Part shown: positions 1 through 8,114 of the stretch, in pieces
Layout of the letters: each line of letters starts with the position of its first letter
Numbering within the stretch: position 1 is the first letter of the stretch
Source: an uncultured Acidobacteriaceae bacterium
GTDB lineage: Bacteria > Acidobacteriota > Terriglobia > Terriglobales > Acidobacteriaceae
Assembly (NCBI GenBank): GCA_963810955.1
Contig: CAWEPW010000043.1
Location: forward strand, 37,034 to 101,033
Direction of reading: 5' to 3'
Length of the DNA: 64,000 nucleotides
Program-made: the position numbers and the translations under genes
Notes under the pieces: generated by a model
The model's input: the letters and a program-made list of their open reading frames with translations, nothing else
Databases searched by the model: none
Told to the model about the DNA's origin: nothing

Positions 1-1537
1 CGAGCACAGGAATCTCTTTTGGCGCAAGCGCTCCCACGCGCAGAGCGCGCTTGGTCAGCACCACCCAAAGCAATCCCAACCCGTAAACCGCGCCTGCAAT
101 CAAAAGTTGCAGAGCCAGTTCCACGTAATGGTGCGGGATAAACCAGCTTTGCATCAGGAGAAGCGCGAACACCATCGGTATGCTGATGAGTATTGGCAGC
201 ACGTAGGCCTCGCGCAAGTAGGTGCTTACGCGAATCCCAAGTTGTTTGCACAAGTGCCCCGGCATAAAAAAGATCATGCTGACCGCCAGCGGAATGGCCG
301 TGCCGTAGGCGTCGCCCTCTATGGCTCGCTCCACCGATGTATGAATGAACAGGCGCACCAGAACGATGCTCAGAACCAGGTTGGCAATGCCTTCGGCGAG
401 CGTGACGAAGGCCCAAGTCTTGTGCTTGCTGATTCCGAAGAGCACTCGTCCAGAAGCCGCCTGCGCCCACATCAGTGTCGCTGGGATGATCAGGATCACG
501 AGCACCGGGTAGCTGGTGGCGATATATTTCTTCCCGACCCACACTTCAATAATCGACTTGCCCAGCACCAGCAAGGTCGCGGTAATGGGGAAACAGGTGA
601 AGGCGCACAAGCGGTTCCCGGCCACGAAAACTTTCCGCAGGCGGTCCATTTTCCCGGTCGCTTCCGACTCGCTGGCCAGGGGCAGAAAATTCTGCGCCAG
701 CGCCATCACCACCTGTTGCGTGTAATTCACGATGCGGGAGCCGATGGTGAAATACGTGATGGCGGCCGCCGAAATCATGCTGCCAATCACGATGTTGTCG
801 GTCTTGAACTTCAGTTGGGTCGCGATCATGATGATCAGCGTGACTCCGCTGTAGTTCGCCATCAGGTGGAAGGTTTCGCGGTCCACATATTTCATCCCAA
901 ACGGAACGGGACGAATGCGGAAAGCGATAACTCCCCGGACCAATGAATTAATAATAGGAAGAGCCACCGTAATGGCCGCCACGGTGAGCAACCCCTTGCC
1001 GTGGGTAAGAGCAGTTACGATCAGAACGACGCGAACGGCATTGCCCGCGACGCTCGTCCAGTTGTTAACGTAAAACATCTGCAGCCCATCCAGAAAACCG
1101 CCCACGACGCCGAGGGGGAAGCCGAGCGCAATTGCAACTCCGACCATCCACAGCAACAAGCGAGCGGTTGAATGGAAGCCCGGCGGAATCTTGAATAGGT
1201 TGTCGACGTAAATTCCGAGCACGGCCGTCACCATCAGACTCAGAACGCCGATGCAGCTATAGCTGAAGAAGCTGGTATTGATCAGCTTGGCCAGGTCTTC
1301 AATGTCGTCAACCGCGGTGAACTTCGAGACATAGCGGACTATCGAGGAACGGATTCCGAGATCGAACAGACCGTAGTATCCCGTGATCGTAAAAATCAAA
1401 ACCCAGATGCCGGATGCGGTATCGCCCAGTTTGTGCAGTATGAAGGGGTAGAGCAGGAAACCGACAACGACGTCGACGCCCAGGGAGAACCAACTGGAGC
1501 CGACGTTCTTCATGATTTGACGTTTGTTGATGCTCAT
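1..1537 (-). CDS. MOP/Wzx-type polysaccharide flippase; ATG at 1537, C-terminus runs past the window start (partial)
   Basis: Reverse-complement translation from the ATG at 1537 gives MSINKRQIMKNVGSSWFSLGVDVVVGFLLYPFILHKLGDTASGIWVLIFTITG..., a hydrophobic multi-TM protein with a Wzx-like N-terminus. The stop-free plus-strand shadow ORFs 107-946 and 516-725 are consistent with a long minus-strand ORF. The ORF track omits edge-truncated ORFs, so it is not listed. Confidence 0.55.
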   Translation of the reverse strand, partial: MSINKRQIMKNVGSSWFSLGVDVVVGFLLYPFILHKLGDTASGIWVLIFTITGYYGLFDLGIRSSIVRYVSKFTAVDDIEDLAKLINTSFFSYSCIGVLSLMVTAVLGIYVDNLFKIPPGFHSTARLLLWMVGVAIALGFPLGVVGGFLDGLQMFYVNNWTSVAGNAVRVVLIVTALTHGKGLLTVAAITVALPIINSLVRGVIAFRIRPVPFGMKYVDRETFHLMANYSGVTLIIMIATQLKFKTDNIVIGSMISAAAITYFTIGSRIVNYTQQVVMALAQNFLPLASESEATGKMDRLRKVFVAGNRLCAFTCFPITATLLVLGKSIIEVWVGKKYIATSYPVLVILIIPATLMWAQAASGRVLFGISKHKTWAFVTLAEGIANLVLSIVLVRLFIHTSVERAIEGDAYGTAIPLAVSMIFFMPGHLCKQLGIRVSTYLREAYVLPILISIPMVFALLLMQSWFIPHHYVELALQLLIAGAVYGLGLLWVVLTKRALRVGALAPKEIPVL

Positions 1538-1540
1538 TGC

Positions 1541-1612
1541 GCGAAACTCATTGGGCGAAACTCATCGGGCGAAACTCATTGCAGAAAACTCTGGGAGCAA
1601 CTCATTGGAAGC
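1541..1612. repeat. About 5 tandem copies of a 14-nt unit (GCGAAACTCATYGG); the minus-strand flippase start codon (..caATGAGCatc) is a degenerate copy
   Basis: Read directly: gcgaaactcattgg gcgaaactcatcgg gcgaaactcattgc agaaaactctggg agcaactcattgg. The tract lies between the sulfotransferase A stop (1689) and the flippase start (1537). Confidence 0.85.
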
Positions 1613-1688
1613 AGCCCACTCTTCCCTGCCGGCGCTCGATGGGATTGCCGTTCGTTCGTTATCATAAAAATGGTCAGGAGAGCAGTCA

Positions 1689-2564
1689 TTAAAGTGGCTG
1701 ACCCGAAAGTGGCTGGGCCGTCCGAACCCACGCCGGCACAGTCTTGTTGTCCAATTCGCGGGTCTGTAGCGGGTAGCCGAGAAAATTCAAAAGTGGAGCC
1801 CAGGCGATTTCGATCTCCTGCACGCAGTGTTGGGGGAGGGTTTCCTTCCATCCCCCAGACTTCGCCGCCCGGACAAAGGGAATTTCTTTGCGCGTATTTT
1901 TGGTTCCGGTCCATTGGTCGGCTTGTTGTTTTTCGAGCTTGCGCATGCGGTCGGCCGAGCTTCGCTGCACCGCTGCTTCGAGACGTTCCGGGCTGGCTTG
2001 AATGCCGAGAAATTCGGCAATCTTGCCGGTTTCGCCAATCGAGTCCGAAAGCAAATCTTCGTAACGAACCAGATGAAACGCAGGATTGCCGTGACGGGCG
2101 GCGATCCAACTGGCGGCGTGCTCCCACCAGGAACCGTAACCTGCTGTCGTCCCCTTGATGAAGCGCTCGACGAACTGTTCGAGTGTGACGTCGGCCTCGA
2201 TGTAACGCTTTTTCAAGTCGAAGTGGTACTCGGAGACGGCAACGTCGCGCGGATCGCGCACCAGGTAGATAACTTTTCGAAAACGAACGTCAAAGGGCTC
2301 GTGGCTTTTCAAGATGCGGGGCCGCGGCAGACTCCTGAGGAACCGTTTCGAGGAAACGCCCGGAGCAGGCAGCAACCGGTTGATATTGGCGAAGCCCACG
2401 GTTTCATTCGGGTAGATCAGATTCGCCAGCAGAAAACGCACCCACGTATTGCCTGACTTCGGATACGACACAAGAAAGGTGTCGTCGGGGAAAACAGTGA
2501 ATTCATTCCCGGCCTGGTCGCGACCCAGGAGAACTTTCACGGCGTATTTGACGTGGCCAAGCAT
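1689..2564 (-). CDS. PAPS-dependent sulfotransferase, paralog A (likely start is the ATG at 2564; the track ORF extends to 2687 through the palindromic element)
   Basis: FPDDTFLVSYPKSGNTW (5'-PSB motif), RDPRDVAVSEY (3'-PB motif) and C-terminal FVRAAKSGGW. Colinear with the two downstream paralogs. Confidence 0.8.
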   Translation of the reverse strand: MLGHVKYAVKVLLGRDQAGNEFTVFPDDTFLVSYPKSGNTWVRFLLANLIYPNETVGFANINRLLPAPGVSSKRFLRSLPRPRILKSHEPFDVRFRKVIYLVRDPRDVAVSEYHFDLKKRYIEADVTLEQFVERFIKGTTAGYGSWWEHAASWIAARHGNPAFHLVRYEDLLSDSIGETGKIAEFLGIQASPERLEAAVQRSSADRMRKLEKQQADQWTGTKNTRKEIPFVRAAKSGGWKETLPQHCVQEIEIAWAPLLNFLGYPLQTRELDNKTVPAWVRTAQPLSGQPL

Positions 2565-2567
2565 TAT

Positions 2568-2656
2568 CAATTTGTAATTTGTGATTGGTAATTGGTAATT
2601 GGAACCCTTCGGTTTTGATCTCAAATTACCAATTACAAATTGCCAATTACAAATTT
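2568..2656. repeat. Palindromic element made of AATTACCAATTACAAATT-type units; two ~32-nt inverted arms around a ~22-nt loop. It fills the gap between sulfotransferases A and B
   Basis: caatttgtaatttgtgattggtaattggtaattgg...tctcaaattaccaattacaaattgccaattacaaattt. The arms are near-perfect reverse complements. Confidence 0.85.
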
Positions 2657-3519
2657 CTCCCGCTGCCGCTGAGAACTCCCAACGCATCGTTATCTCGCAC
2701 TTTCGCGGGAACCGTCGAACTCAACTCATATCCCAGGCGTTGCATCAGCGGTCCCCAAGCCGCTTCAATTCTCGCGGCCATGGGCGCGGGCAAATCGTTG
2801 CGCCATCCGCCCGAACCGGCCGCGCGTACAAACGATAGATCCTTGCGCGAGCCTTTCATCAGTTCATTTTTGTCTGGTTGCTTCTTTTCGAGTTTCCGCA
2901 TGCTATCGGCCGAACTTCGCTCCACAGCTTGAGCAATCAGCTCAGGGCTGGCCACGAGATGCAGAAACTCCACGACCTTGGTAAGTTCGCGGGCGGTATC
3001 AGCGACCAGATCTTCGTAGCGGAGCAGAAGGAACCGCGGACTTCCCTCGCTCGTGTAAAGCCAGGTGGCAACGTTCTGTCCCCATGAACCGTGGGGACAG
3101 GTTTCCCCGGCCATAAAGCGGGTGACAAATTTCTCGATCGGCGAGTCATCGTCGAGTTTTCTAAGCTTGCGATGATAGTGGTATTGCGAGACGACGACAT
3201 CGCGCGGGTCGCGAACGATATAAACTACGAGAGGATAGCGGGGATCGAAGCACTCATGGCTTTTGATGATGCGCGGCCGCGTCATGCGGTCGAAGTCCCT
3301 TTTCGCGGTGCCCTCGGGGTCGGGAATCAGGCGATTGATGTTTTCGAAAGTCGCCGGCTGTTCGGGAAATCTGAGGTTAGCCAGGAGAAACCGCGTCCAG
3401 GTATTGCCCGACTTGGGAAAAGAAACGAGAAAAATGTCATCCGGAAGAATGAGCAGGCTGCGCGAAGGCCGGTGCAGGCCCAATCCGCGTTGTATGCCAG
3501 CCATCAGATGCTTGATCAT
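2647..3519 (-). CDS. PAPS-dependent sulfotransferase, paralog B
   Basis: MIKHLMAGIQ...FPKSGNTWTRFLLANL...IVRDPRDVVVSQYH...FVRAAGSGGW. Sulfotransferase-domain motifs present; 290 aa. Confidence 0.85.
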   Translation of the reverse strand: MIKHLMAGIQRGLGLHRPSRSLLILPDDIFLVSFPKSGNTWTRFLLANLRFPEQPATFENINRLIPDPEGTAKRDFDRMTRPRIIKSHECFDPRYPLVVYIVRDPRDVVVSQYHYHRKLRKLDDDSPIEKFVTRFMAGETCPHGSWGQNVATWLYTSEGSPRFLLLRYEDLVADTARELTKVVEFLHLVASPELIAQAVERSSADSMRKLEKKQPDKNELMKGSRKDLSFVRAAGSGGWRNDLPAPMAARIEAAWGPLMQRLGYELSSTVPAKVRDNDALGVLSGSGRNL

Positions 3520-3540
3520 TCTTCAATCCCCAAAACCTAT

Positions 3541-3646
3541 TTGTAATTGGTAATTTGTAATTGAAAGTCCGCCCGTCCAACCTTCAAAATCGTCCTCCCA
3601 CATCACGATTTTCAAATTACCAATTACAAATTACCAATTACAAATG
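3541..3646. repeat. Second copy of the palindromic TTGTAATTGGTAATT element, between sulfotransferases B and C, with a ~45-nt loop
   Basis: cctatttgtaattggtaatttgtaattgaaag...ttttcaaattaccaattacaaattaccaattacaaatg. On the minus strand the hairpin is followed by tttt and then the gene B start. Confidence 0.85.
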
Positions 3647-3648
3647 TT

Positions 3649-4506
3649 CTACAAATCTTCCAGTCCCGAATGCACCCTCCTGGCCCCTACCAGGTTCGAC
3701 GTGGACAATTCGTAGCCCATCTCGCGCATCAGGCCGCCCCATGCCGATTCAATTTGGGCGAGGCTTGCCTCGGACAACTCCGCCTTCCAACCGCCCGATT
3801 TGGCGGCGCGGACGAACGGTTTATCTTTTCGCGTCTCGCGCGTCGAGGACCACAGGTGCGCCTGCTTTTTCTCCAGCTCGCGCATCCGATCGGCGGAGCT
3901 CTGCTCTATGGCAAAAGCCAGGCGTTCTGGCGTGGCTGAGATTCCCAGGAAGCTTGCGATTCTTTCCATCTCGTCCATGGCCTGCGACTGCAGCGACTCG
4001 TATTTCACCAACAGAAATCGAGGATCGCGGCGGCGGGTATAAAACCACGACGCGGCGTTTTCAAACCACGTTCCCGACTGATGGTTCACTTCGCCGCGAA
4101 CGAAGCGCCCGACAAATTCCGTCACCGGAAAATCGTCCGGAATAGCCCGCCGTTTGATGTCGAAGTGATATTCCGACAGCACAACGTCGCGCGGATCGCG
4201 AACGATGTAGATCACTTTCGGATAGCGAGGATCGAAATATTGGTGGCTCTTGAGCAGGCGCGGGCGCGCTGCGCGCTCCAGATCCTTCTTCGCCATCGCC
4301 TCTGGATCAGGGACTAAATCATTAATATTCGAAAAATCGGGATTCTTTTCGGGATAGACCAGATTGGCAATGAGAAACCGCGTCCAGGTGTTGCCGGACT
4401 TGGGATAAGAAACCAGAAAGACGTCATCGGGAAAAACGTGCAAATTGCGGCCGGGCGGATGCAGACCGAAAAAGTATTTCCCTCCCGCGATCAAACGCTT
4501 AATCAT
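3649..4506 (-). CDS. PAPS-dependent sulfotransferase, paralog C (start taken at MIKRLIAGG by analogy with paralog B; the track ORF starts at 4557)
   Basis: FPDDVFLVSYPKSGNTWTRFLIANL, YIVRDPRDVVLSEYH, FVRAAKSGGW. Third tandem paralog on the same strand. Confidence 0.8.
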   Translation of the reverse strand: MIKRLIAGGKYFFGLHPPGRNLHVFPDDVFLVSYPKSGNTWTRFLIANLVYPEKNPDFSNINDLVPDPEAMAKKDLERAARPRLLKSHQYFDPRYPKVIYIVRDPRDVVLSEYHFDIKRRAIPDDFPVTEFVGRFVRGEVNHQSGTWFENAASWFYTRRRDPRFLLVKYESLQSQAMDEMERIASFLGISATPERLAFAIEQSSADRMRELEKKQAHLWSSTRETRKDKPFVRAAKSGGWKAELSEASLAQIESAWGGLMREMGYELSTSNLVGARRVHSGLEDL

Positions 4507-4602
4507 TGATGGTACCCAACCCTGGATGTAACCCGACCCCGACGCGACTAAACCCAAATTCCAGATGCAGACTCATGCTTATCCGTTTTCGATCCCAGGC
4601 GA

Positions 4603-5589
4603 TCAAGCCGTAGCTCCGTGGCGCATCCAACTCCAGAAAGACATGAGACGGCTAGTCGCTCCGGGCGCGATGCCCAAGCCAACGACCGCAAGGCTCAACA
4701 CCGCGCTATGCAAAAAACCGTTCGCTTCCGCAATCAACTCGCGCGCCTTGTCAAACTGGCGTTCTTCCAGCTTGCATTTGCCCTCTTCCAGCAGATAGCG
4801 GGCCCGAATCTCAGCGGCACGCTTTTCAACCACCGCGCGATCGGCGCCTTCGAGCGGCAAAGTTCGCAGGAACTTATCCAGAATACACCAGTAGGCTTCG
4901 GCCATTCTGGCCCGCGACACGCTGAGCGAACCGGGGCGGCCGATGAAGAGACGAGCCTGAACCGCGCGCCCATAGCTGATTTTCGCCCCGCTGTAGGCAG
5001 CCCGCACCCACATATCGTAATCGTCGCAGCGCGCCAGTTTTTCATCGAACAAGCCCGCGTCCATCAGACTCTTTTTTCGCGCTACCACGGTTGAAATCGG
5101 AATCTGGCAATCTTCCACGATCAAGGCGGCAAACGTAGCCTGACCATGGGACGGGCACTTCTCCATGAACGGCCTCTCGGTCGCCGGGTCGCCGACGAGA
5201 AGCGCGTTGGCATAGACCAGATCGAGCGCTGGATCGTCCGCGATCAGCTTCATCTGCGCCGCGAGGTGGTTCGGATACCAGCTGTCATCGCTGTCGAGAA
5301 AGGCTACGAACTCTCCGCGAGCCTGCCGAATGGCGTTGTTGCGCGCAGCGGCGGCGCGCTTGTTCTCCTGCTTGATGTAAACCAGCCGTTTCTCGCCGCT
5401 GATGTAAGGCTGCAAAACCTTCTCCAGTTCGGGCGTATCCGGCGATCCGTCGTTGACGACGATCGCCTCGAAATCCGCGTAGGTCTGCGCGAAAACGGAG
5501 TCGAGGCAAGCCGCGATCAAATCGGCGGTCTTATAGCTCGGGATGATCACGCTGACCCTGGGCGCCGGATTGGTTTCGGCTGCTGGCAT
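4603..5589 (-). CDS. Family 2 glycosyltransferase (GT-A fold)
   Basis: VSVIIPSYKTADLIAACLDSVFAQTYADFEAIVVNDGSPDT and a DSDD motif. 328 aa, intact. Confidence 0.8.
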   Translation of the reverse strand: MPAAETNPAPRVSVIIPSYKTADLIAACLDSVFAQTYADFEAIVVNDGSPDTPELEKVLQPYISGEKRLVYIKQENKRAAAARNNAIRQARGEFVAFLDSDDSWYPNHLAAQMKLIADDPALDLVYANALLVGDPATERPFMEKCPSHGQATFAALIVEDCQIPISTVVARKKSLMDAGLFDEKLARCDDYDMWVRAAYSGAKISYGRAVQARLFIGRPGSLSVSRARMAEAYWCILDKFLRTLPLEGADRAVVEKRAAEIRARYLLEEGKCKLEERQFDKARELIAEANGFLHSAVLSLAVVGLGIAPGATSRLMSFWSWMRHGATA

Positions 5590-5612
5590 TCTTTTAATCG
5601 CGTTAGAACTTG

Positions 5613-5707
5613 ACCATCAGTCGTTGGTCATCAGTCGTCGGTCGTTAGTCGTCGGCAGACTCAGCTTGCGAACGACTAACGACTAACGACCGACGACCAG
5701 TGACTGA
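5613..5707. repeat. Inverted-repeat element built from heptad GTCGTYR repeats in the left arm and ACGACYR repeats in the right arm; lies between the glf stop and the GT2 start
   Basis: catcagtcgttggtcatcagtcgtcggtcgttagtcgtcggc...cgaacgactaacgactaacgaccgacgaccagtgactga. A second family member lies at 53345-53465. Confidence 0.75.
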
Positions 5708-5712
5708 ATCTC

Positions 5713-7077
5713 CTACGAACTGTGAAACACCAGTTCCTTTTCTCCGGCGATGATGTTATTCGCCGCTTCCACGCCCATCATCACCGAGTGATCCATATTT
5801 CCGATTTCATAGCGCCACGCGCCAAAACGTCCGCGAGAATAAATACCTTTTTCGAGCAACGCCGGTTGCAACACCTCGAGCGCGCGGTCGCGGCCGAGCG
5901 TCGGGATCGGATACGAGTAGCCGACCGTTCGGTGATAACGCGAGACAATGCGCCCACGGTCCGATTCCTCCAGCATATTAGTCCGGATCAGTTCGGTGGT
6001 TACCTGATCAAGAATTTTTTCCGGGTCGGGCGTTTCTCCTACCCGGAATGACATTTCGCACATCAGCGAACTGTAGTGCTCGATATCGCCGTTCGGCACG
6101 TTGTTCGGCGAGTAATGCGAAAAATAGGTGGCGCGATAGCACGGCATCTGCGGGTCGGTGAAGTAAATCCAGCAGCGTCCGGTCTCTATCTTCTTCTTAA
6201 TGCCAAGGCCAACCACCAGAAGATTGTTGTGTTCGAGGCCCTGGGCGGCATCGAGCAGCCGGTTGTCGGCCGGCTTGATCATCTTCGTGAGCAGATCGAG
6301 CGGCGCGGTCGAGATCAGCAGATCGTAATTGTCGCCGGTGCCGTCGGCGAACGAAACCCGGCGTTTCTCCAGATCGACCTCGGCCAGCTTTTTGCCGGTA
6401 ATTATCTTCTTCGGAAAGTAGGCGGCCATGCGCCGGTAGATCTCGCCGGTTCCGCCGTGCAGCGGGAACTTGAACTTGTTGTTCGGACCCCAGGCCACAT
6501 CGTCGCGCTCATAAAGAACGTTTTCGAGCAGCCGTTTGAAATCTATCGCCGCCACGCGCTCGGCGATCCAGGTCTTCGACATCTGTTCGAGCGGAGTGGT
6601 CCACACCTTGGAGTTATAGGGAAACATGAATTCTTCGGCGATGCCCTCGCCCATGGTGGCCAGAATCCAGTCGCGAAAGTTTCCCGCCTCGCGTCCGCCG
6701 CCGTTCGATGCGGCTTTGGCCGCGCCGATGAGGCAACTGACCTGAACCTCTTTAGGCAAGTAGCGCAGATTGCTCTGAAACGGGTATGGAACCCACGATT
6801 CGCCTCTTACGATCCAGCTCTCGCGAATGCGCTCGTGAACTTCTTTGCCAAGAGCCTTGTCGATCAGCCGGTCGAAATAGGGATAGTGCGAAAAGATGAC
6901 GTGGCCGCCCTCATCCCAGACAAATCCATTCTTATCTACATGGGAAGTGGCGTGCCCGCCGACATACTCGGATTTCTCATAAAGAACCCAGTTATCGTAG
7001 CCCAGTTCATGGAGACGGTAGGCCGCGCCCAGTCCGGTCGGTCCTGCTCCGATAATGACAATTTTCTTGCTCGCCAT
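5713..7077 (-). CDS. glf: UDP-galactopyranose mutase, eukaryotic-type (~450-500 aa class)
   Basis: IIGAGPTGLGAA Rossmann motif. GGHVIFSHYPYFD, WVPYPFQSNLRYLPKE, CYRATYFSHYSPNN and SRGRFGAWRYEIGNMDHS closely match the conserved blocks of fungal and kinetoplastid UGMs (recalled sequence, not a database search). Confidence 0.75.
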   Translation of the reverse strand: MASKKIVIIGAGPTGLGAAYRLHELGYDNWVLYEKSEYVGGHATSHVDKNGFVWDEGGHVIFSHYPYFDRLIDKALGKEVHERIRESWIVRGESWVPYPFQSNLRYLPKEVQVSCLIGAAKAASNGGGREAGNFRDWILATMGEGIAEEFMFPYNSKVWTTPLEQMSKTWIAERVAAIDFKRLLENVLYERDDVAWGPNNKFKFPLHGGTGEIYRRMAAYFPKKIITGKKLAEVDLEKRRVSFADGTGDNYDLLISTAPLDLLTKMIKPADNRLLDAAQGLEHNNLLVVGLGIKKKIETGRCWIYFTDPQMPCYRATYFSHYSPNNVPNGDIEHYSSLMCEMSFRVGETPDPEKILDQVTTELIRTNMLEESDRGRIVSRYHRTVGYSYPIPTLGRDRALEVLQPALLEKGIYSRGRFGAWRYEIGNMDHSVMMGVEAANNIIAGEKELVFHSS

Positions 7078-7113
7078 AAGATTGAATCGAGGGATGAGCT
7101 GGTCTTTGTCTTT

Positions 7114-7196
7114 GGATTCGGATTCGCTAACTCCGGATTGGCCGACTCTGGACTCGCCAACTCCGGATTCGCTAACTCCATGGATCGGCTGACTCC
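7114..7196. repeat. About 5 tandem copies of a 15-nt unit (GGAYTSGCYRACTCC) immediately upstream of the glf start (minus-strand gene)
   Basis: ggattcgctaactcc ggattggccgactct ggactcgccaactcc ggattcgctaactcc atggatcggctgactcc. Confidence 0.8.
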
Positions 7197-8114
7197 ATGC
7201 GGACCAGCATCTCCTAATCGGACATCGAATCGAACATCGGCATGACCGCTCTGAGTTTCCGAAGAAATCTTTGCAGGAGAACCAAATTGTAGCATAGGGT
7301 TTTTGCCCTTCCTGTGTGCCGAAAGTAACCGTGGATTAACGAAAATGCGCCGTCTGCCGCTGCATCTCAGCGCTTCCCGTCTTGCTGCGGCTTGGTGCTC
7401 CGCAAAGCACAGCCGCAGGCGGAAATCGTATCCCTTCAGCGGCTAGACAAACAACGAACGGAGGAAAAAGAGGAGGGAAAATAAAATCAGCCTTACTAGC
7501 GAAACCGGCATCTCTTAAGCGAACCGCTTATTTCGTGCGCCAACGGATTTCGGAGCCAACCTTGTCGGCGCAACCTTCGGCTCGCCGGTGCAAATAGTTA
7601 CTTATGATTACTTATTCCGAGGGCAGGTACTGCCGGCTGATCGGCCAACTGCTAGAATCACGTACTTAAGTGTTGCAGAATTTCATTGATTTTGGAGGCT
7701 TTTTCGTTGGGCCGATCAAGTCGAAGCGGTTCCACCATTAATTCCCAATCCGGGATGAATATCGCAACTTTTTTCACTTCGGTCGAGACTGTCCGCGACC
7801 GCAGGAACTAGTGAGTTGATCACACAATGATTTCATTATCTTACGATGAAAGATTCGTCGAATTTCGGAAGTCGAATTGCTCGCTAAATCACACGGAAGA
7901 CTTATTGACGTACGCCTGATTGACACAATGCCTGAAACATCTACTGCCTAGAGCTAGTTTACCCAATCGGACGTGACCAGTGCGTCCAGGGTGAGGAAGG
8001 AATTTTGGGATGAGGCCCAGCGATACCGATAACAAGCAGAAACACAAATTTGAAGTCGACATTGCCCTGAAATCGGAAGGGAATGCTGCCGCAAACACCG
8101 GGAGGAATAAGGAC

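Noticed and set aside
107-946. 279-aa plus-strand ORF (His/Arg/Gln-rich) and the nested ORF 516-725
   Set aside because: Composition typical of an antisense shadow in GC-rich DNA. The region is fully covered by the minus-strand flippase reading frame, which starts at the ATG at 1537.
2568-3646. Considered whether the AT-rich palindromic repeats could be a CRISPR array
   Set aside because: There are only two copies, separated by a full gene. The arms are inverted rather than direct repeats, there are no spacers, and no cas genes are nearby.
6076-7245. 389-aa plus-strand ORF overlapping glf
   Set aside because: Antisense shadow of the UDP-galactopyranose mutase gene. No motifs.
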